Part shown: positions 57,486 to 64,000 of the stretch, piece after piece | Layout of the letters: every line of letters begins with the position of its first letter | Position numbering within the stretch: position 1 is the first letter of the stretch | DNA from: Polyangiales bacterium | Lineage (GTDB): Bacteria > Myxococcota_A > Polyangia > Polyangiales > JADJQN01 | Direction of reading: 5' to 3' | Assembly: GCA_964202905.1 (NCBI GenBank) | Contig: CAXNJO010000004.1 | Coordinates: 480,001 to 544,000, forward strand | Length of the DNA stretch: 64,000 nucleotides | Translations under genes and position numbers: made by a program | Notes under the pieces: generated by a model | The model's input: only the letters and a program-made list of their open reading frames with translations | Database searches by the model: none | What the model was told of the DNA's origin: nothing

Positions 57486-60400
57486 CTAGGTCGCAGGTCT
57501 GTGCGAGTCAAGCGACTCCTCGGCGCGCAGCTGTGCTGCGAGCGCGGCGAGGCCTCCGCGCTGCGCATGCTGCTGCGCCCGCGCTGCGCTGCGGCGCGCG
57601 GCCTCGTCGCGCCCGACCGCGCGCTCGCCGAGGGCGCGCAGCCGGAGCGCGGAGGCCGCCTCGAAATCGCTCCCGGATGCGACGACGACATCCACGTGCG
57701 CCGCGAGCTCATCACAGGCCATGGGGTCGGGTTCACGGAGGATGCCCGTGGCGAGCGAGACGACCACGCCGAGGCGCGCCAGCGATTCCCGCTTCGTCTT
57801 GTGCGCGAGCGCCGACGCGGCCGAGGCATCACGCGCGGCCGCCTCGAGGTCGCGGCTCGCGAGCGCCGCGAGGGCCGCGCGGACCATCATGCGCGCTTCT
57901 TCCGCGCCGAGGCCCTGCGCCGCCGCGACCTCGGCGGCATCGCGGAAACGCGTCGCCGCCGAAAGGATCTCGCCCTGCGCCTCCGCCACCTCGGCCATCG
58001 CCGCGAGCGAGCCGAACCGCAGCGCACCGTCCCCGAGCCGCGCGGCCACCGTGAGCGCTCGGGCGACGGCGTGCTGCGCCTCGTCGACGAGCGCCGCGCG
58101 CGCGAGCGCCTCCGCGAGGACGCAGAGCGCGCGCCCGTGCAACGCCGCGGCGTTGGCCGAAAGCGCGAGCGTGTCGACCGCAGCGCGCAGCCGGACGAGC
58201 GACTCGCGTGCGCGCCCTTCCCCGGCCAGCCCCTCGGCGAGCTCGAGTTCGGCGGCGCCGCGCAAGGCGAGATCGTGCACGTCAGCGAGCTCGCGGGCGA
58301 CGGCGTCGAGGGCCGCGACCCGCCGCGCCGAGTCGCCACGCGCGGCCGCGCTCTGGGCGCGCAGCAGCGCGACGCGCACGCGATGCGTCGGGCAGTCGAG
58401 GCCGTGCAACGGCGCTTCGAGCAGCGAGAGCGCCTCGTCGACGAGCGCGACGGCCCCGGTGTCCGCGGCGAGTTCCGCGCCCCGGAAGGCGAGGTCCACC
58501 GCGCGTTCCGCGGACTCGATCGGATCATCCTCGCGAAGCAGACGCGCGGCCTCGATGTAGCGCGCCGCAGCGAGCGGAACCGCGCGTCGCTCGAGCGCGG
58601 CGTGACCCGCCTCGACGAGGTAGTCGGGCGCGCGGCGACGGTCGGCCGCCCGCGCCGCGTGGTGCGCGAGATCCTCGACGCAGGCGTCGCGACCGAGCCG
58701 CTCGAGCGCGGCGAGCGCGCGCGCATGGAACTGCGCCCGATCCTTCCGCGGCATCGCCTCGAGCAGCGCGCGGCGCAGGAGCCCGCAAGCCACGCGCAGA
58801 CGCGGCGGCAGCGGCGGCGCGTCCGTCCCACCGCCCCACAGCGGGCGGGCGGCGCGCTGCATGACGGTGCCGGTCTCGGGCACGAGCAGGCGGCGTGTGA
58901 GCAACCGGCGCAGGGCCATCTCGGCGCCGGCGAGCGGGACGCCGTGCACCGCGCACAGCGCGGCGACGTCGAGCGCCCCCTCGAAAGTCGCCGCGATCCG
59001 CAGCAGATCGAGCTCGGCCGCCCGCAACGCCGCGAGGCCCGCCGAGACAATCGTGCGCACGTGCTCGGGCACGCCAAGCCGCGCGGGGTCCGCGAGGCGC
59101 GCCTCACCCTCGAGCACGCGCAGGCCTTCCGACTCGCGGAGCGCGACCGCGAGTTCCTCGACCCACGCAGGGTTGCCCGCCGTCTCGTCGAGGATGCGCC
59201 GCGCAAACCCGCCCTCCACGGTGCGGGCGCCCGCGACCGACGCGAACAACCGTAGCGCCGAGGCGTCGTCGAGCGGCTGCAACTCGAGGACGCGGGGCTC
59301 GCCGTCGAGCTGCGGGATGGCCGTTCCCGGCCGCGCCGTGACGACCGCGAGCACACGCGCGCGCACCAACTCGCGGAGCAGCAGCGGCAAGATTTGACGC
59401 GTTGCGTCATCAAACCAATGCACGTCCTCGACCGACAGGACCACGACCCGCTCCCGGGCGAGCGCCACGAGCGCCTTGCGCGCCGCGAGGGCCAACGCCA
59501 TGCCGCGCGGCCGACCGACGCGCTCCTGGCGCGCGACGGGGTACGCGAGTCCGAGCAGCTCGCCGACGAGCCGCACTTCGCGGGGCGCGAGGCCAAGCAC
59601 GCGCAGTCGCTCGACGCGGCCGAAGCGCTCGGCGGGCGTGTCCTCCTCCTCGACGCCGCACAGGTCCTTGAAGAGATCCGCGAGGGCACCGAAGCTGCGT
59701 TCGCGCTCGCCCTCCTGCCCGCGCGCGCCTGCGAACACGACCCCCTGCGCGGTCGTCGCGGCGCGAAGCTCCGCGATCAGGCGCGACTTGCCGGCACCAG
59801 GCTCGCCGAGCAGCAGCACCGCCTCGCCACGACCGCTCTCGGCGACGAACAGGAGCGCCTCCGTCAGCGCGCGGGCCTCGCGCTGCCGCCCGACGAGCGG
59901 CGCGCGCCGCCGCATCCGCAGCGCGTCGCGCTCGCGCCGGGCCCTGTATCCCTCGAGCGTGGGCAGCGCGGTGTCCGGCGCACGCCCGACAGCGGAAGGT
60001 GCGCGCGAGTTCGTCGGAGAGCGCGGGGTCGATGACGACCTCGCCCGCCGCGGCGCGGAGAACGAGGTCGCGGGCCCGCGCCGCGAGCGGGTCGTCGGGC
60101 ACCGCGCTCGCGCCGTCGAAGACCCGCGCATCGCCGAGCGCGACCGCGAGCGGCGGCACCGGATCGGCCCGCAGCGGACCTTCGATCGCGGCACGGCGCC
60201 GCAACTCGAGCGCGGCTCGCCCCGCATGCTCGGCCGCGCGCTCGCCTCCCCCGGCGCCGAAGACCGCGACGCACTCGTCGGGTGCGCCAGGCAGGACCTG
60301 CCCGCCATACGCCTCGACGGCGCGGGCGAACGAGGCCCGGTCGTCTTCGTCGCGGGCGCGCGCCGCGAGCAGCGCCACGCGCCGCACCTGCACCGACACG

Positions 60401-61500
60401 CGGCGTGAGACCGGGAGCGCGGGCGCCGTGTGCTCACGGACCTCCGGGGCCGCCGTGTCCGGCACGTCGACGGCCCCCGTCCCCGACATCCCGGTGGCGT
60501 CCTGCTGGGCGCGCAGGAGCAGATCGACCCGCAGCTTGTTCGGGGCGTGCGTGTCCATGCGCGGGAACATCCGCGCGAGCGCGGCGGCGAGTTCCGTCGC
60601 GCCCACGTTCTCCCCGAGCCGAAACAGGATCTGCGAGAGGTCCTGGTACATCTCGCCCGCCGAGGCGTAACGGCCGTCCAAGTCCGGGCAGAGCGCCCGG
60701 GCGAGCACGCCGCGGAGTTCCGCGGGCCAGCCGCGCTCCTCGAAGGGGAAGTCGGGCACCGCGGCCCGGCGCACGAGTTCGAGCGTGTTCTGGGGGCTCG
60801 TGCCCTTGAAGAGCCGCCGGTGCGTGGCCAGCTCCCACAGCACGACGCCGAGCGCGAAGAGGTCACTCCGGCGGTCGAGCGGCTCCCCGCGCGCCTGCTC
60901 TGGCGACATGTACGCGAACTTGCCGCGCAGCATCTTCGGGTCTTCGCCGCGCCCGAGGTCCTGCTGATCGGCGCGCGCGATGCCGAAATCCGCGACCTTC
61001 ACCTCGCCCTCGTAGCCGACGAGGATGTTCTGCGGGCTCACGTCGCGGTGCACGATCGACAGGGCGCGCCCGTCGTCGCCGCGCCGCCGGTGCGCGTAGT
61101 CGAGGGCCTTCGCCGTCTCGGCGATGATCCAGAGCTTCAGCGGCGCGCTGAGCCCCGTGCGCCCCGGGGACGCCGCGGCGCGGGCCTCCCAGGCCATGAC
61201 CGCCCCGAGATCCTTGCCGTCGACGTACTCCATCGCGATGAAGTAGGCGCCGGCCTCCTCGCCGAGATCGAAGATCTGCACGATGTTCGCGTGCGAGAGG
61301 CGCGACGCGATCTTCGCCTCCCGCACGAGCAGGTCGGCGAACCCCGGGTTCGCCATCAGCGCGGGCAGCACGCGCTTGATGACGACCGTCTTCTCGAAGC
61401 CCGCCGCCCCGCGGGAGCGGGCCCGCCAGACCTCCGCCATGCCACCTTCCGCGATGCGGTCGAGCAGCTCGTAATTCTGGAAGAGGACGGCGTCCTTCAC
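57486..61500 (-). CDS. Ser/Thr protein kinase - degenerate cyclase-like - AAA/STAND ATPase - TPR-like multidomain protein (frameshift near 59980)
   Basis: Kinase motifs GGMAEV, VVIK, HRDVSPQN, DFG, YMSPEQ and SDLFALG in ORF 59410..61500. LVGR, GEPGAGKSRL, VEDVHWFD and GNP lie in the frame of ORF 57486..60866; the frames join at FRCR/PDTALP. Confidence 0.88.
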
Positions 61501-61516
61501 GGCGTGCGTGAGGGTA

Positions 61517-62860
61517 TCAGATGGCCCGCTGCGGCGGCACGGCGAGGGTCGCGACGAGCGTCCCGGAGGCGATCGACACCGCGACGAGCACCATCCGGAA
61601 GAGCACGTCGATGGCGCCGCTCGCGTCCGCGCCGAGCAACGACGAGAAGCCGAGGAAACCGAGGCTCCCCGGCACGAGCAACAGCGTCCCGGGCACGAGC
61701 GTCAGCGCCACGGGCCGGTCGCGCCAGCGCGCGTACGCGTGGCTCAGCACCCCGAGCACGAGCGCGCCGAGGAAGCCGCCGAGCCCCGTCCCGAGCGCCT
61801 GCGCGCCGACCCACGCCCCCGCTGCCGCGACGTAGCAGGCGACGAGCACGAGCGGCACGTCGCGCGGCCGCGCGCGGAGCAGCAGCGCGAACGACAGACC
61901 GGCCGCCCCCGGCGCAAGGAGCGCGGCCGCGCGCGGCAGCGCTTCACCCGCGCCGGACGCGAGGGCGCCGACGACGAGGTCCGGGTCCACGCGCTGCCCG
62001 AGCGCGACGCCGAAGGCCATCAGCAGAAACGTCATCCCTGCGCCGGCGAGCCGCGCCGTCCCGGACACGAGGTTGCCCGTCGCGAGCTCCATGATGCCCA
62101 TCGTCGTCGCGAGCCCCGGCAGCAGCACGACGACGCCCGCGAGCGTGAGCAGCAGCGGGCGCACGGGCTCCCCTTGATGGCCGAGCGTGAACGACGCCGT
62201 CGACGCCAGGAGCGTGCACGCCGCCGGCAGCAGCTGCTGGAGCCCGCGGAACGGCTCGGCCACCGTCACGGCGGCGCCGACCAGCACGCCAATCGGGGCC
62301 GCCCAGAGCGCCTCGACGCTGGTCGCGCCGAGCAACGCCGCGGCCGCCGACGACGACAGTCCATGGCACAGCGTGGTCGCGATGGCGCCGTAGCGCGCGC
62401 GGCTTCCGGTGATCGCCGCGATGCGCCGCGTGGCGTCGACGGCCGAGAGTTCGTGCCGCTCGATCCGACCGACCAGCTCGTGAAGCGCGGAGAGTTTTTC
62501 GAGGTCGCTGCGGCCGGGCTGAACGCGGACGACCTGCGTGCGCTGCTGGCCCCCGTGCTCGATCGTCAGCATGAACGAGGTCAGCTGCGAGACGAGTTGA
62601 ACGCGCAGCTGAAGCGCCGCCGTCACGCGCTCGAGCGCCTGCTCGACGCGGTGCGCGGGCAGGCCGTAGGCGTGCAGCGCGCTCGTGAGCGTGTTCAACA
62701 GCTCGAGCTGCGCGTCGATGGCCGTCGGCGCGTCGAGGTCACCCGGCGACGAGCGGCGCACGAGGCGATCGAGCGAGGAGTCCGCGGAGAGCTCGCGCTC
62801 CAGATCGGCCCATGCGCGCAGCGCGCGCTCCCCGAGCTTGTCGCGCGGCCCGTCGCTCAT
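61517..62860 (-). CDS. ThrE-family threonine/serine exporter
   Basis: YG.PAHRVE, LLPGL..T.G.MEL..GNLVSG.ARL and LLVPGS motifs; about 10 TM helices. Confidence 0.9.
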   Translation of the reverse strand: MSDGPRDKLGERALRAWADLERELSADSSLDRLVRRSSPGDLDAPTAIDAQLELLNTLTSALHAYGLPAHRVEQALERVTAALQLRVQLVSQLTSFMLTIEHGGQQRTQVVRVQPGRSDLEKLSALHELVGRIERHELSAVDATRRIAAITGSRARYGAIATTLCHGLSSSAAAALLGATSVEALWAAPIGVLVGAAVTVAEPFRGLQQLLPAACTLLASTASFTLGHQGEPVRPLLLTLAGVVVLLPGLATTMGIMELATGNLVSGTARLAGAGMTFLLMAFGVALGQRVDPDLVVGALASGAGEALPRAAALLAPGAAGLSFALLLRARPRDVPLVLVACYVAAAGAWVGAQALGTGLGGFLGALVLGVLSHAYARWRDRPVALTLVPGTLLLVPGSLGFLGFSSLLGADASGAIDVLFRMVLVAVSIASGTLVATLAVPPQRAI

Positions 62861-62915
62861 GGCGCGCGCGATGCACGGCCGCGCCGCGTTCCGTCAACCC
62901 GCCGGGCGCCCCGCG

Positions 62916-64000
62916 CTACAGCTGAAACGGAAACGACACGCTGGCCGTCGGCTGCTCGAAGGGCGGGACGGACGCCGCGCGGACCGCGCGAGCGATGCAC
63001 GACCCCTCGCTCGATCCGGCGAACGCGCCCTCGACGACGGCCGTCGTCACGCGGCCGCTCGCCCCCGCGAACGTCACGCGCACGGTCGCGACCCCGCCCC
63101 GCCCGCCGGCACAGGCCGCGACGGCGGGGCGCACCGAGCCGAGCGCGGCGAGCACCGCGGCGCGATCCGGCGTCGCCGGGGCGGCCCCGACGGGGCGAGC
63201 GATCGTGACGCCATCGGGCGCGCGGGGGCCGGCGCGGCCGAGCGCGCGGCGGCCGGCGTCGCCTCGGCGGACGGGCTCCCGCCACCGGCACCGCCGCAGC
63301 AATCAGCGGCCGGGCGCGAACGCCGGGACGTGGTGCCCGCGCGTTCGGCGCGCGCTCCGGCGGCGAGCGCGCACGCCGCGAGCGCAGCGGCAGCCGGGGC
63401 CGACGGGCTCACTGCTGCGGCGGGCGGCACAGCCGGAGCGGGCGATCCGACCTCGGCCGACGGCGCAGAGGCTTCCGCCGCGGCGCTCGGGAGGGCCGCG
63501 ACGGGCGCAGGCGCGGCAGCGGGCATGGCCGTGGCGGCCGCGGAGGCCGGCGCGTCCCCTGCCCCGCCCCGCGCGTCACGAGCACGCCGACGACCACCGC
63601 CGCCGCCGCCGCGAGCGCGAGGCCGCCGGCGACCTCGCCCACGACGGTACGACCCCGGCGCCTGCGTCTCCTCGAGGTGGAGCGGGCGGAGTGGCTGGAG
63701 CGGCATCGGCGGCGGCCGGAAGCTGGGCAGCGACGCGCGCCCCCCCCCGGACGGCGACGCCGCGCGACGTTCCGGCCGCGGCGCAGCGGGCGGCGCCCCA
63801 GGGGGCGCGAGCGGGGCGCGACCGGGGCGCGGCGTCGTCCCTCACACGGGCAACCGCTTCACCCGCCCTACGAGCGCCTGTCGCAGTGCCGGTGGGCGGC
63901 GCAGGTGCGACCGCACGCATCGCGGCCTCCACCACGGGTGGTGGGTCGACCACCACGGGTCGTGGTGCATCCATCGCGGGCGACTCCACCGCCCGCGCCG
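62916..64000 (-). CDS. Pro/Ala-rich membrane protein with AgmX/PglI-C-terminal-like domain (5' end outside window; several frameshifts)
   Basis: C-terminal AVAAC..VRVTF..SGRV..V.GAFAGS..GSCI.RAVR..VPPF..V.FPF domain; the TM helix GGLALAAAAAVVVGVLV is in another frame. Confidence 0.6.

Noticed and set aside
55290..59255. 1321-aa plus-strand ORF, and similar long ORFs such as 25389..28031, 26252..29173, 34388..36850 and 15059..16951
   Set aside because: Antisense shadows of real genes; stop-poor frames are expected at this GC content, and the translations are Arg/Ala/Gly-rich with no motifs.
59960..60000. Programmed ribosomal frameshifting in the kinase-STAND gene (also considered at ~120, ~3859 and 63300-63650)
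   Set aside because: No slippery heptamer; scattered single-base indels in five unrelated genes point to consensus errors.

Overview
Very GC-rich bacterial chromosomal window. Gene content points to Myxococcota, probably Polyangia/Sandaracinaceae-like (inferred from the TIGR04565-type beta-barrels, MXAN_5187-like protein, kinase-STAND fusion and AgmX/PglI-C-like protein). About 52 genes are supported. Housekeeping and metabolic genes include ftsY, uvrA, pdxA, xth, meaB, thiolase/hbd/crt, RidA, an S1-domain paralog, RNase P RNA and tRNA-Val(CAC). No mobile element or CRISPR array was seen. The most notable locus is a redox cluster at about 21.5-29.9 kb: an outer-membrane beta-barrel translationally coupled to a 13-heme cytochrome c (candidate porin-cytochrome conduit). 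It is preceded by a YbjN-like protein and a GT4 enzyme, and flanked by TlpA, a CcmH-like/DsbA fusion, an Ig-fold CX4CH cytochrome lipoprotein and a thioredoxin. Other leads: a 51-aa membrane protein missed by the ORF track, a MerR-like plus Cys-rich sigma-R4 regulator pair with a dyad in its promoter spacer, a poly-G tract in a promoter spacer, a pseudo-receiver regulator, two likely pseudo-enzymes and recurrent 15-bp VNTRs. Five genes carry frameshifts (many in the uvrA 3' third), most likely sequencing or assembly indels. All family assignments are by motif recognition by eye; no database searches were run.
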